Below, piece by piece: positions 23,734-37,841 of a stretch of 64,000 nucleotides of DNA. Position 1 is the stretch's first letter, and each line of letters begins with the position of its first letter. This stretch comes from Girardia tigrina (lineage: Eukaryota), in assembly GCA_001938485.1 (NCBI GenBank), contig MQRK01225091.1, forward strand, positions 1 to 64,000, in the 5' to 3' direction. The notes beneath the pieces are model-generated. The model did not search any database. It had not been told where the DNA came from and saw only the letters and a program-made list of their open reading frames with translations. The position numbers were made by a program, and so were the translations under genes.

Positions 23734-25010
23734 TTAGGTTGGTCGAAAAATAATGGCGGTTTTGGGACACAAACTTCAAAGACGTGCAAATTCACAGAAA
23801 CAAAAGTTTATTAATCAAAGTATGAACCGTTGGCATCAATACATTTTTGCCAACGAGAAACAAGTTCTTTTATTCCATCAGCATAAAATGTATCGGTTCT
23901 CGAAGCGACGAATTCTTGGAAGGCATTTTCAGCATCATTTTGGTTTTTGAAAGTTTTTTCACGTAGGAAGTTGTACAAATGTCTGAAAAAGTAGAAGTCC
24001 GTTGGCGAGAGGTCTGGTGAATATGATGGATGAAGCAGGGTTTCATAGCCCAACTCATTAAGCTTTTGAAGAGTCCCTTTTGAAATATGAGATCTAGCGT
24101 TATTATGAAGAAGGATGGGACTTTTTTCATTGACCAATCCCGGACAAAAGGGTTTCAATTTCTTATGCATTTCATCAATTTCATGACAGACCTCTCCGCT
24201 GTGATTGTTTCACCTGGATTCAAGAAACTATAGTAGATGATTCCAGCATCACACCACCAAACTGTCACCATAACCTTACGGGGTGTTAGTTTCGGTTTTG
24301 GAAAGTGTNNNNNNNNNNNNNNNNNNNNNNNNNNNNNNNNNNNNNNNNNNNNNNNNNNATCCATTTCTCATCACAGGTAACAATACGATCAAGAAATGGA
24401 TCGTTTTTATTGCGAAGATGATTGACAGAACAAATTTCATAGCGTCGGTTCTTTTGATTTTCATTCAAATCACGTGGGACCCATTTATCAAGTTTTTTGA
24501 TTTTTCCAAGTTGTTTTAAATGACCTAGGACTGTTGAATGACTAATGCCCAACCCATCTGCAAGTTCTCTGCTTGTTGTATGGGGATCTGTTTCCACCAT
24601 TGTCCTCAAATTGTCGTTGTTCACAGCAACTGGACGACCACGACCTTCTTCATCTTCAAGGTTTTCATCTTCATCAGAAAATTTTCAGAACCATCATTGC
24701 ACTATGCGCTCAGAAGCTGTTCCCTTTCCAAACGCTTTATTGATATTGTGAGTCGTTTCTGCTGCTTTACGACCCAGTTTGAATTTGTACAAGAAAATTG
24801 CTCGAATTTTAATTTTTTCCATTATTAATTTAGCACCGTAAATATTCTAAAAAATAACAGCAATATGTTAATAATGGCTATATGAATATACAGCTAGGCA
24901 TAAGAATTCAAATAATATCTAACACTAATGCATTTAAACTTATATACATATAAAAGTAGATAAACAAAGTATAAAGCTCAAAAACCGCCATTATTTTTCG
25001 ACCAACCTAA
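23734..25010 (-). mobile_element. Mariner DNA transposon, full-length, same family as 1286-2541; disrupted transposase about 23811-24822
   Basis: Perfect TIRs ttaggttggtcgaaaaataatggcggtttt with TA TSD. WVPRDL, IVTCDEKW, HNNARSH, HPSYSPDLSPTDF and RWQKCIDANGSYFD are present, with frameshifts. Confidence 0.95.
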
Positions 25011-25429
25011 TACACGATTGCTACAATTATTATTAGTTTTGCTAACGTGGATAATGTATTCCAACAAATACTGAGAATCCTAAAGAAAATACTCATTTTC
25101 GACAACTTATCAATTAAGTAATTACTAGATTAAATCATTGTAACTTTTTGCAACTCTTGAATGCACTCTAGATTAGTTTCGTTCGTTTTCAATTCGTTTT
25201 CAAGCTTTTCCTTACATAAAAGTATCTATTTGTTGTTTTTTTTAAATGAAACTGCAATTTTTTCAAAAAATACTCATAAATGCAACTTTAATTGCAACTT
25301 CAGATGAAAGATAGTATTTTTTTCCACTATGTTGACCTTTTCATACAACCTACTTATGATTTTTTTTCTAAATTTTATTTGATTTTTTCATTTTTTCTGA
25401 TATTTACCCGAATTTTTCATTTTTTAAAA

Positions 25430-25552
25430 TTTTAATTTCCGAGACTTAATTTTTCTAGACTTAATTTTCCAAAACTTAATTGTCTGAGTTTTAATTTTCC
25501 GATACTACATTTTCCGTGACTTAATGTTTGAGATCGAAATGTCGTGCCCCCC
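25430..25552. repeat. Sub-repeated TIR arm of a MULE-like element
   Basis: Tandem ~15-bp units gacttaattttcc ending in aaatgtcgtgccccc. The partner arm is not seen. Confidence 0.45.
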
Positions 25553-27967
25553 TGGACACGATTGTAAATCAAGAAATATTAAAAATTAGATATTAAAATT
25601 GTAAATAAAAATATATTTACATTAAAAGTAAATGTTTTTAATATTATTTTTGTTTAAATTTATCACTAATTACTAAAGAAATTTCAATTTCAAAAAAAGA
25701 AACTAAAAGAAATAAAAACCTCCTAATACGACTATTTCTGTATACAAAATAAAGATACCTTTATTTGACTGTCCATCCATTGAACTGTTAACGAAAAGTA
25801 ACTTTACGAATTTAGTTTATTTAGTAATTTCTTATTAGACCTTTTCCTGTTTATTTTTGTCTGTGATATTCTTTTTTTCTTCTTTCCGTTGTAAATTTAA
25901 AGTGTTTAATACAATTTATATCCTTTTAACTATTATTATTATTATTTGTTCTATTACATATACTTTGCAAAATTGTAAAATTGAATAAGTCTAATAAAGA
26001 TAATTAGTCCGACTACAACAATTTTTTTTTATTTTTATTTCAATTTTACAACAATAATTAAAAAAATACCTTTTGACTTTTAACCAATTAAATAATTTAT
26101 ATTGTTTAAAAAAATATTTAATTAACTTTGTCAAAAACGTTTTTTTTATTTAATTCATTTTTGAAAAATTAAAATAAAATATGATAATTTTATTTTGTAT
26201 TAAAAATTTATAAAACAAAGTAATTTCTGTTGTAATTTCTCACAGTATTAAATTTTTATGTTATAAAAGAAAGACTCAATTTTGAGTCACTTCGAGCGTA
26301 CACAGCTCAAACGCAAACAAAAAAGAAAATATTATTAAAAAGTAATAAATTTCCCTAAAGAGACTCAATAAAGTAAAATGAATAAAGTTACAAAATTATT
26401 GATTAAAAGTTTTGGCTGACCATAACATCCTACTCATTAAAATTTTATTATTTATTTAAAAAATAAAAGAAAAAGCCAAAAATAATGTTTATTAATTTAT
26501 ATTTTAAATTTAATATTTTTTTTTATAAAATTAAAAAAAAACTTTGATAAATTTTCTTTTATAATCCAAAATTTTACAACGATTACTTGTAAATAAATAA
26601 ATAAATATAATAAATTATAAATAAATAAATGTTTGTTTATTTATTTTTTATCGTAATTTCTTAGAATTTTATCACAAAAACAGATTGATAAATATTTTCA
26701 ACTCAAATTGTTCTGGGAGAATTAAAATAAAATTATTATTATTAAAAAAATAATTTTCGGTAATTGTAATTATTAAAAAAAACCAAATTGCATTTAAAAT
26801 AATAAATTATTATAAGAAAATAATTCATTGAAAAATTTGTTTATTAAAGATAATTCATTATCCATTTGCTTTTCAATAATCAAATTTTATTTTTTAATAA
26901 AAAAATATTATTTCATATAACAACATATTTCTTCAGTTATTTTTTCTTGTTCTTTCTTAAGAATTTTGTTTGATTTCATCAAGAACCAGTGTAATCAGAA
27001 TGAGTGATATGAAATAGATTATTTGAACCAGAAATATTTATTTCCTGACAAGTTGAGCAGCAGATTGAAGATGGATTAAGGCTTGTTAGAATCTGATTGA
27101 ATGGTTGGGAATTATCTGATAAAGATTCCAGTCCAAGACTAATCATGGCGGGTTGTAAACATCCACACTGGTTGTAGCTAATACTTGGTAGAAGAGTGTA
27201 ACAACACATTTGAGGGTTTAATTGTTTCAAGAGTTGATTGGCTGAAATTATATTTCATTAAAAAACAGAAATTGTTTAAGGTTTTTGAATAATAATAATA
27301 ATAATAATAAAAATATAATAACTGAATTTAATTTTTTTCATGTATATAACATCCAAAATAATAGACTACTTTACAGTGAAATCAACAATCAACAATAAAA
27401 AATATTAAATTTATTAGGTTCAGATTCACAATTTAAACTTATGACAAAAATTTATTTCTATCACAAAAAAGTTTTTTAAACAAATGTTTTCGAGGAACCA
27501 AAGCAAATTATATTTTTTTACACAAACCCTTATAAATAAAAAATATATATAAATATAGATATTGTTATTTAATTTATTAAGAATTTAAATTTTATACTCG
27601 TTTTTTTTTAAATTATAAAGGTATTTTATTAAAACTGTCATAAGATTTTATTTAATTTTTTATTAAATTTCCGTTTTACTTTTACATTTAATTTAATCGC
27701 GTTAAAATTATATTTTTATATTTCGATAAAATCATAATTTAAAAAATAAAATTAAAATCATATTTATTTAATTTATTTTACTTAAAGTTTTTTAAATTAT
27801 GATAAATTTAGATAAAAGTTACAAAATAATATTTCAGTTTATTAACATTTTCAAAATAAAATAATAAATTTTATAATTATTTGTATTTTACTTCAATTAA
27901 ATATTTCAAAAATAAAATATTAAATTTTATATTCTATGCAAAATTAAAATTTACTTTATTACTTTAT

Positions 27968-28503
27968 AATTATTAAGAACACCAACATGGGTTTTCAAAC
28001 TTTTATTTTCAATACAGTCAGATTTGTCTTTTGGACAACTCTCAGAAAAACTCTCGTCATTCGACATCGTTCTAAATTGATAATTTTTTTGTTAATGTTT
28101 TTAATAAACAATTATTCGAACAAATATTTCATTATTTTCTGATTTTATTTTTACAGTTCAAATTTTGTAATTTTAGTATCAATTTTATTTACATATTAAT
28201 TTTATTTAAAAAATATTTTATTGAAAGAAGAAACATTTATTTAATTTAAAACTTAGTTAAAACTATTTATTTTATTTAAATTTTAATATGAAAATTTGAA
28301 AAGATTTAATATTTTTTAAGTTTTTTAAATATCAGCATGATGTACCTTAAAAATATAAATTATACTCGAATAACTATTTATCGTGAACATCTAAAATATC
28401 AATTTTCCATCTGGGTGGGAGAAACACATTTCCAAATACTAAACTCAACATACAAAATTCAACAAACCAATTTCAACATACCAAATTTCAAATATTCCTC
28501 ACA
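27968..28503 (-). repeat. TGTGAGG-family copy B
   Basis: Highly similar to copy A; ATG at 28067 gives MSNDESFSESCPKDKSDCIENKSLKTHVGVLNN. Confidence 0.85.
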
Positions 28504-29027
28504 ATAATAAATCTTTTTACTGACTCTAAATTAAATTTTAATAAACCTGCTGTAAAATTTATTTTATTTTTACATAAAATAATTTGTACATTAAATTGGA
28601 AAAATTTTAACATATATATAACTCTTCTTTACGAAATTTAATTATTTAATTATTGATTTGATCAAATTTTAAGTTCGAAAATTTTATGAACTCACCAAAG
28701 CTCCTAACAAAATTAATGTTTATTATACTATGTATACTATGTATATTATGTATACTGTGTATATTAACAATGACTTAGAAGGATTTGGAAAGAACGAAGA
28801 TATTCAAAACTGTATTACAAAACGTATTTTTTGCACTTTTCGAATATTTTACTATACTGAAAGTCATCATTTCTAACCACGCACAGTTAAGAAAACATAA
28901 AGTTCTCTTGAATCGACATTTAGTATGATATTTCAGTCCAATTGAATCGATTAAATTTCGAATAGTTTTGGATTTGATCTGAAGTCTCAAATTGAGTTAT
29001 TGCATTGATTGGAAGAAGTTTCATATC

Positions 29028-29539
29028 TGTGAGGAGTATTTTAAATTTGGTATGTTGAATTTTGTATGTTGAGTTTAGTATTTTGAAATGTGTTTCTCCC
29101 ACCCAGATGGAAAATTGATATTTTGGATGTTCACGATGAATAATTATTCGAGCATAATTTGCATTTTAAATTACAGCATAAAATATTTCAAAAACTTTAA
29201 AAACATTAAATCGTTTCATATTTTAATATTAAAAATTTTAATAAAATAAATAACTTTCAACTAATTTTTACATTGATTAAATGTTTTTCTTTAAATAAAA
29301 TCATTTTTAAAATATAATTAATATGCAGATCAAATTATTACTAAAAGTATAAAAACTTTAAAAATAAATTCTGAAAATAATTAAACTATGTTCGAATAAT
29401 TGTTTGTCAAAAAACAAAAAATTATCAATTTAGAGCTATGTCAAATTCTGAAAGCTTTGCTGAGAGTTGTCCAAAAGACAATTCTGATTGTAATGAAAAT
29501 AAATGTTGGAAAATCCATGTTGTTTTCTTAATAATGTGA
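29028..29539 (+). repeat. TGTGAGG-family copy C (divergent from copy B)
   Basis: tgtgaggagtatt...ctcccacccagatgg; ORF 29438-29539 MSNSESFAESCPKDNSDCNENKCWKIHVVFLIM*. Confidence 0.85.
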
Positions 29540-29672
29540 AAGATTAACTTTTGGTTAGTAAATATATTTAGTAAACATTTAGTAAACATATAGTTTTCTC
29601 AAACGACATTTGATGCCCATTGTTTGTTTGCGCGCTCTTGCCAAAATATGTTGTGGTTAAGTACCATTATGT

Positions 29673-30522
29673 TTACAACTGTAAATAGGACTGTTTCAAA
29701 ATTACAAAATCTCGAGACATGACAATATTATTATTAACAACATCAATATGAGTTTTACAACATTTATTAATTATCACAAGCGCATTCACTATTTGGCATT
29801 TTTCTTGATATAAATAAAAATATATTTCTGAATTCATACTAATTATTTTCAATAAATGAAAATCTGGTAATAAAAATGATCTTATCTTATAAAAGCCCAA
29901 GTCACTCACTGCCTGCCTCACTGCCTCACTAACGCTGTAAGGTAAATTTTTGAAATGATTTTATAATCAATAAAGAAATGATTGTATATTAATNNNNNNN
30001 NNNNNNNNNNNNNNNNNNNNNNNNNNNNNNNNNNNNNNNNNNNNNNNNNNNNNNNNNNNNNNNNNNNNNNNNNNNNNNNNNNNNNNNNNNNNNNNNNNNN
30101 NNNNNNNNNNNNNNNNNNNNNNNNNNNNNNNNNNNTATACTCGAAACACTGAAATTTTCAATAAAAATGCTTTCAGAAAAAAGTCGCGTGATCTAATAAC
30201 ATTGAACCCCCGGCAAGAGAGGGCCGCGAAGCGGGCCGAGCGCGCTAGTTAATTATAAAGAATGTAATTGGTTGAAATTAAATCTAAACATTCTTGAAAA
30301 AGAACGTATTAAATTAATACATTAAAATTTTAAATTACATTAAAAAATAAATAATAAATTCAAAAATTATTTTAAATCTTTTTACTTTAAAATATAATTA
30401 AATTATTTTTAATTAGTAGGAATCAAAGAAAATACCAATCATCCATTTGTGCAGGAGAGACACAATCCGAATAAACACACAACATGCACAATATCAACAC
30501 ACGATTCAAAACATTCCTCACA
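29673..30522 (-). repeat. TGTGAGG-family copy F, interrupted by a Helitron-like insertion
   Basis: tgtgaggaatgtt...tgtgtctctcctgcacaaatgg at 30522-30440. The ORF remnant NKCCKTHIDVVNNN lies at ~29725-29770. Confidence 0.6.
29880..30248 (+). mobile_element. Non-autonomous Helitron-like element
   Basis: Starts TC after A, has a cact/gcct microsatellite, a subterminal GC hairpin ggccgcgaagcgggcc and a CTAG end before T. Contains an N gap. Confidence 0.75.
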
Positions 30523-30610
30523 CTGGTGAAGGTTCATTACTGGATTCTATAGATAGGAGGATTTCGTTATCTTCAGCATGTCTTATGTTTGGAGGAAGAA
30601 AATAAAATCA

Positions 30611-30653
30611 GTGATCTGAAGATGACGGTAAAACCATCGAAATATATTATCAC
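30611..30653 (+). ncRNA. Minimal type-I hammerhead ribozyme (second sequence type)
   Basis: GTGAT-CTGAAGA-T-GACGG(taaaa)CCATC-GAAA-TATATT-ATCAC: helix I GTGAT/ATCAC, palindromic ATATAT, AUU triplet and one mismatch in helix II. Confidence 0.75.
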
Positions 30654-32339
30654 AACAAAATATATTTTGACATTAGATATATGTTTATATTTTAAACCCC
30701 CATTTGCAGGAAAATAAGCTATGACTTGAAGCTATTAATTTGTCCTAATACAAATCAATTTTATCATAATTATATTTGAAAATTCGCATTTTTGGAGATA
30801 CTTGGATAATATTTTCTTAATGTTCCTTGAATTTGATATATTCAGATCGTTTGTCTAATTTTCTATGCATCCATGAAGTCTATAAATTGGTATTCCATTT
30901 ATTTTAATATATATTTCTGGGTAAAGTTGAACGAAATATTTGCTTTTAAGATACAGAAATTTCTATTTTTTCTATGTTATCTGACATTTGACTATCATTT
31001 TTGGTACATATTAACAAATTAACTTGAAATAAGAAGCAAACATTTATTTTATTGAGCTCTTGAGCGAGTGAAACAAGTGTCATTTTACTGTTTATTACAG
31101 AAACCAATTCCAAACAAGTGTAAGTCGTGAATATAAAATAGAAAATTAGAACTGGTTATATTATTTATTATGAATATAAATTGTATTTACAATATTAACA
31201 AGAAAATATTTTTGATTTTTTAAAAAATTTTCAACATTATTTTTTTTAATTTATTTTGTTTATTTTCAATTTATTAATAATTTATGGCTGAAGAGCTTTC
31301 AGAAAATATTATTGAGGATATAAAAATTTATAGTAATTTTTAAATGTTATTAATTTTTTTTGAAAGAATGTAAAATTAAATATGCCAATTAAAATGTAGA
31401 AAATTTTAAAATACGCAATTATTTGATGAACTAAAAGAAATTGTAAAATTAATAAACTTTCATAAAACGAATAAGTATTTGATAATGTTAGCGTAATTTA
31501 AATTTATAAAATGAAAATAAAATCAAATATTAATATTATAAGTGCATTTATTTATTTTGGTTTAAGATAATTTGTTTTATGAGATAAAACAATTTTTTAA
31601 TTATATTATATTTTAAATTATTTGACTGTCAACTACAAGATAAATCGAAGATAGCGTTTTTTTCTAGGACGCCGACTACGAGTAATTTTACACAGTGTTT
31701 ACTCTCCATATTCGTGCAGCTACTATTAAACTCGTAATATATCAGTGCTAATATGAGTAAATAGCTTCTGAGAAGAGAGCAAAAAAATAATGCTAGGTTA
31801 CATAACCAGAAAATTTATTAATAAATGAAAGCAAACTATAATTATAAAAAATATATTCAAAATATAAGTAAAAGAATAGTTTTATTATTTGCGAAACATT
31901 TTAAAACAATCGTTCATACAATGTTCGTGCGTCTCTTTACGTGTCGGACAACACATTTTTAGGCATTTTTTACTTGTATAGATTTATAACATGACTCTGT
32001 CAACCGCTGTGCTTTTCCGGACGGACCGATCCATTCAAAATACAGCCAATTTACTGATTGCTACTAAAATATTTAACATTTTTTTCATTTTTATTTGTAA
32101 GGATATTTTTGTTATAAATGTGTATGTGCCGAATTTATGGGGCCTCCTGTGGTCACACGTATTTGCGATCCCAAATAGGCACCTGCAAATCAATGGTATG
32201 TAATAAGTTTATACAAAGGTTCTTGGTATTTTTAAGTAAATTCTTTGAAAAATTTCAGAGAAAGTGCAAAAGACTATTTCACAAAGTAATCTATATCGAC
32301 ATCTAATATCAGTTGCCGGGAAATTTTTTACTAGATTGA

Positions 32340-33280
32340 ATGAGATAAAATTATTGATACAATTCCTCCAATCAGCCTCTTTCTAAAAGCGCTATCCAAC
32401 CAAAGAGTGCTTCAAAGATCTGAAAAGATAAAATTAGATAAAGGCAGATCTGGAGAAAAGACGTAAAATTGTATATTTCGTTGTGGTAATAACATAGGGG
32501 CGAGCATTGTCAAGGAAGAGGATGATCTTCCTTGTACTATGACCAAATAAAGGCCGCAATTCTTCGATTTTACTTCTGGGTTTGAGTAACTCATAGTAAA
32601 TCACTCCTTTTGTCATCTTATATTACAGAAGCTTCATTCCAGTCTGACAGTGAGATTATTACTTGAACAGGGTGTATCCATGATCTTTTGTGCTATTGAT
32701 TCTCGTATTGAACCAATTTCTTGTTGCCAGTGAAAATTCACCAAAGAAACAATTTTCGATGATGACGTGCGTAAAGTTAGATGCATAAACATAATATTCT
32801 AGTAATATTTGGTAGAATATTACCCAGGGCTTGCAAATTCACTAGAAGAGCGGATGGGTTCATTCCAAGTTGTAAACTAAGTTCACTTTGCCATGGACAG
32901 TATCCTTATATGATAGTGCTTGCAATTCGGTACTCTCCATTTCTTTGGGTCTGCAATTTCTCTTTTTATTCTCCAGGACATATTCCCCACTTCTGAACTT
33001 TTGGAACCAAAGCTTAATCGTAGTAAAGGCCACTGCATCATATCAATACAGTTGACATATCAAAGCCTTTGTTTTTGAATGGTTTTTCCAAGCTTAAACA
33101 TGAAAAGCATATAATGTCTAACATGCATCTCGTTGGTTTCCATTATTAAACGTATTTAGAAAACGAAATGTGTAAAAAAGGATTTTATTGAAAACAAAGA
33201 TCGAAATATAGATACAAAATATTGAATATATATAAACATAATATTAAGGGAGCAGCAATAACTTTTGCATGAAACTAATA
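32340..33280 (-). mobile_element. Degenerate mariner element
   Basis: METNEMHVRHYMLFMFKLGK (start ~33143), WFQKFRSG, KGVIYYELLKP and IILFLDNARPYV. A TIR-like aacttttgcatgaaactaata lies at ~33260-33280. Confidence 0.8.
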
Positions 33281-34652
33281 CAACTTTTCATAGTGTATTA
33301 TATTATTTTATAAAAAAAAATGTTACGTAATTAATCAAAAATTTCTTTTTGGATATTTTAAAACAAAAAAGGTTTATTAAAAGATGTTCTTTCATTAATA
33401 AAAAAAATATATTAAAAAGTTTTATAGAATATTAAGAATATTATAAATAAACTTAATTTATTAATTATTTCATTAACGAAATTTTTCTTATCAGAAATAA
33501 TTATTTTTTGTCTTTTTTTGAAAAACTTTCATAATATTTCATATTTAATTTGAAATATTCCAAAAGAGAAACTCTGTCAAAAGTCATCAGAATTGAATAA
33601 ATTTGCAATTAGATTCAATTGTTATACATTTATTTTTTTAAAAAAAATAATAAAATTAATTTAAAATTCAAATTATATTTAAATGAACCTTTTACAATAA
33701 AGTTAAATGACTTCAATCAAAATAAATTTTAAAGTAATAAAATTATTAAACATAATATGGCTACATGATACTTTCAAACTGATTATCTAATCTTGAAAGG
33801 TATTACAAAACAATGATTATTATTATTATTATTTTTATTATTATTATTATTATATTTACTATCATTATTATTATTTTTATTATTAAAATCACTCCATTAT
33901 TTTTTTGAGGTGAACTTTAATTTGATATCGTCAAACTGTTATGAATACAAAATTACTAAATTATGATTAAAAATAAATATATAAAACAACAAATTAAATC
34001 TTTGCTGGATTCTTTTTGCTTTGATGATACAGACAAATAATCTGAAAAAATCAGATTAGAATCATAATATGCCATTATAATAATATATAAAAATTATATA
34101 ATGACGTTTCTTAATTCCTGAAATTCTATATTTTTTTAGAAAAGTTATTCAAGATTTTTTTTCTGTTTAAAATTAAAATCAAGTTCATTGAAAAGTTAGC
34201 AGAGATTACCACATAGATTCAGTTGTTTGGTTTATAAATTTTAATACATATTTTATTTTATGTGCGAAAAATAAGTAAGACCTCGTTCACTTGAAACTTT
34301 ATGTAATAATGTTATTTATATTTCCTTTTATTAAATGTTAGAAATACAAAATAATTATTTTTTCATTAAATTTCATATATTTGGACATCAAACGAAAGGA
34401 TTCAATAATAATATGCATTGAAATAGGAATCTTAAGACCAATTTTACTGAAAATGTTTGTTAGAATCCATAAGCACGAGACAAAGAATGAAGATGAGGAA
34501 GATTGTATTAGGATTATTCTAATTCAGTTTTCATAAGGATTATAAAGATTTTTTGAAATAGCATCTATAAAATAATCATTATTCTTAGTGCAATGTCAAA
34601 GAGTTCGATAATCAGAGACTTCCAAGAATTAAAATTGAAAACTGGCTGTATG

Positions 34653-35035
34653 TAGGGAATGCAATAGCGGGATACCGTCTAAATTTTCGCCAATACTAAT
34701 ACCGGTATTTTTGGTATTGGAACATTAGCGCTAGTTGAAATACGTTACATGGAAGCTTGATTCTTGAAATCTCCCATTTATTTAGAATTAAATTGGATCC
34801 CGTCCAGATCCGAAAAGAATTGAATTTGCCGTTGGATGTCATAACACAACGGAATAGTTTACTTATTATGTTGGAAAGGTTTTACCACTTACGGTATTGT
34901 GTCCAAAAAGCGTTAATTGATTTAAAATCAAATATAGTCTTTTCCAGAGGTGAGATTCTATTAATTTCTGAAATCATTGATGCATTGTCACCAAATAAAT
35001 TTTCAGTAGAAGCCATATGCAGAAGAGATATAATA
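34653..35035 (+). mobile_element. hAT transposon relic
   Basis: TIR-like tagggaatgcaatagcgggataccg. RKELNLPLDVITQRNSLLIMLERFYHLRYCVQKALIDLK...EAICRRD corresponds to the hAT 'DVxTRWNS..MLER' block. Confidence 0.75.
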
Positions 35036-35202
35036 ATATACACCTGTATATTTAAATCTAATTTGAATGAAGACATTGAATTACGATCACATTTTGTATA
35101 GCGTATACACTGTATACTATACAGTGCTAGCCAGTTCACTATATTTTTACTTAGGTTAATGTCAATACTTCACAAAAATATAAATCTATTGTATTTTTAT
35201 CA

Positions 35203-35372
35203 TGTCATCTATGTGTACTGAGAGATTCTTGCTAAAAAATGCACTCTCGATCACCGAAGAACATCAACCAATTAACTAATTCGGAAAAAAGGTTGAGTTT
35301 AAAAAGGTAACTCACCAAAGGTGAACCCCCATGGGACCAGGTGCTCCGACAGCCCCTCCAGACCTTGTTACA
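35203..35372. mobile_element. Possible solo LTR (170 bp)
   Basis: TGTCA...TTACA termini flanked on both sides by ATCA (35199-35202, 35373-35376); GC-richer than the flanks. Confidence 0.4.
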
Positions 35373-36299
35373 ATCAACAATTAGACTGATACAAAACGTT
35401 TCACGATTATAATAAACATATCTAATTATTAAACAAAAATATATATTCATTTTATTTATATATATCAAAAGTTACAAGAATCAATTCAATTTATGGTTTT
35501 TTGGAATATTGATTATAAATCCGGATTAAAAGGATTATAATTGTCTTGCTTGATATAAAGACACAAAAGACGTCAGATTTCATCTAATTAAGTTGATAGA
35601 AATGTTTTTTTTAATTTTCTATTTCTGTTAAAATTACAAAATAACATTTTTTGTGACTTATATTTCGATTAGTTTATTATTTGCTTTCTCTTTCAGACTC
35701 ATCAATATTCTGTTTTTTATATCAAATTGTATATTCTTGTCTCTGTTGTTAATTAATATATTTCTATCACATTTCTCTTATTTATTTTATAAAATATTTT
35801 TATATGTCCTAAAAAAATATTTTTATAATTGAATTTTTGTTTACATAATTATCAAACAAACATTTTTGAATTTGTTTTTCTTTTAGACAAATGGATGATT
35901 GGAAAAGTAAAGAAAACTGAAGTTGAGGATTGAGAGAAAGTTTCTGGTCACTAAATGTTTTTATGACATCCATTTGAACGGAGTAACATGTTAGAAGGAA
36001 TAGTGTTTCTACTATTAAAGGCATGGAAAATAAAAACTATTTTCATCCTTCATATTATGTAATTACGTATGAAATGTAAAGATTTAATTCAAAAAAATAT
36101 TTATTATTTCTAATTAGATCCATTACAATATATAATTTTGTAGCATCGACCCACAGTTGCCACTCTCTTATAACTCATTTATGTATCTAAGGATAAAGTT
36201 TGAAGAATGAGAGCCAACAAAATCTAGGAAGACATTTTCCATTGTCAATGTCAAATTGAATATTTTCCAGACTTATTCATAGGAATGTTATTTATATGA

Positions 36300-36967
36300 G
36301 AATCCGATGGGAATATCCCATGATGGGATGGGATGAGACAGCATACATTTATATACCAATGGAGCAGTAACCATGTCATAGTAATTTCATTTCCGTCAGA
36401 TCTTTCATTTATTTTATATTTTTGCCTTTATAAACTACCTAATCTCCATTTTACTTTGTGTAATTGTATTTATGATTGATTTGTAGTGAGACACCGGATA
36501 AATAAATAAATACAGACAGCAATGCTTGTCCATAGAAGCGGCATTTCTATGAGATAAGATAACATACCTATATATTTCCCATGGGACATTATTTCATGTA
36601 ATCGTAAGAAGATCTACGTCATAGCTACATTTATTTAATATTTTATACCTTTTAAGAGCATTCCGCACCTCTTCTTTACATTTATATTTATTATTTATTC
36701 TTTGTGGGACACCCCGGCTAAATAAACACACATAGCCTTTTATTATATGAGATTACGTTTTGGTGCATCACCAGCAACTTAAATTATAAAAGTGTGACGT
36801 ACCTGGAAAAAGGTTGTAGAGCACATAATTTGGCAGCAAAAAACGTAATATGCAAGCTTATACATAAGAATGTTGTTTGCATGGGAATGCCATTGAAAGG
36901 GACAGACTTAAATTGGTATGGGATATGATGGGATAAGACAAAAAAATATGCTCCATGGACAACCCTG
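36300..36967. mobile_element. hAT-like MITE (ccatggga/gatggga motifs) with nested Helitron/DINE-like insert 36483-36752
   Basis: Right end ccatggacaaccctg and repeated gatgggat motifs. The insert begins TC(tcatataataaaagg) on minus and carries a duplicated gacacc(cc)gg.taaataaa. Confidence 0.45.
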
Positions 36968-37644
36968 ATATTTTCCCTTCTTTGAAGTTGTCTATGTTCT
37001 AGAAGAAATGGTAATCCGTCGGAGCAACGTGCAATAAATACGAGAATGATTCAGAATTTTTAAATCAAAGTGAATTTTTTTTAATTGATTCAATTTTGCA
37101 GTGGATGGCGGAGCATTAATTTGCAATAAATTTGGTCAATTTCTTTTCACTAATTTTGGCTGTTTTTTGGTTGAAGTTTATTCATCATTTCATCCAATTC
37201 GTTACAGTATACATGTAAAAATTTGAAAATTTAAAAGAAATAAATTAAATAATGTCGAGTAAAAATATGATAAAATACATACTTATTTAAAATATGCTTA
37301 CAGTAATAACAATTGATATATTTTAATAAAATTTATGAAATAAGTTTAAATAAATTTTAAAATAAATAATTAACGGATTAATATTTTAAGAAATAATTTT
37401 TTTAATAAAAGGGTCTATCGTAAATTTAAATTAATTAGTCTTTATGATAAAGTTTCGTAAAATTATTTTAAGGTTTAAATTTCGTAAAAGTTCGTAAAAA
37501 AATGTAAAATAATTTAATGTTTAAATTTCGTAAAATTTTCAAAATATAATCGAAAAAAATTATTGAATTAATTTTTTGGTGTTAAATTATGACTTCGGAA
37601 TTTGATAATAAGGAAAGTGGCATAAACGCTACTCAAATACATCA

Positions 37645-37841
37645 TTATGTTTTTGTCTCTCATGGTCTCATTTTCAAAGTTTTTTACTTTATTGATTTAA
37701 CTCAAATGATCTAATTTTGTTGGAAAAGAAACATCAAGAGCTGCTGCTAATTCACTTGTAGTTTGAGATAGATCCCTTTCTACTAAGACCTTCAAGTCAT
37801 TATTATTGGTTATGGCTTCAGGTTATCTACGTGGTTCATAT
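37645..37841 (-). pseudogene. Mariner transposase fragment
   Basis: EPRR*PEAITNNNDLKVLVERDLSQTTSELAAALDVSFPTKLDHLS*INKVK (second HTH). Confidence 0.75.

Noticed and set aside
31283-31315. ctgaagagctttcagaaaatatt as a hammerhead
   Set aside because: No convincing helix I or II.
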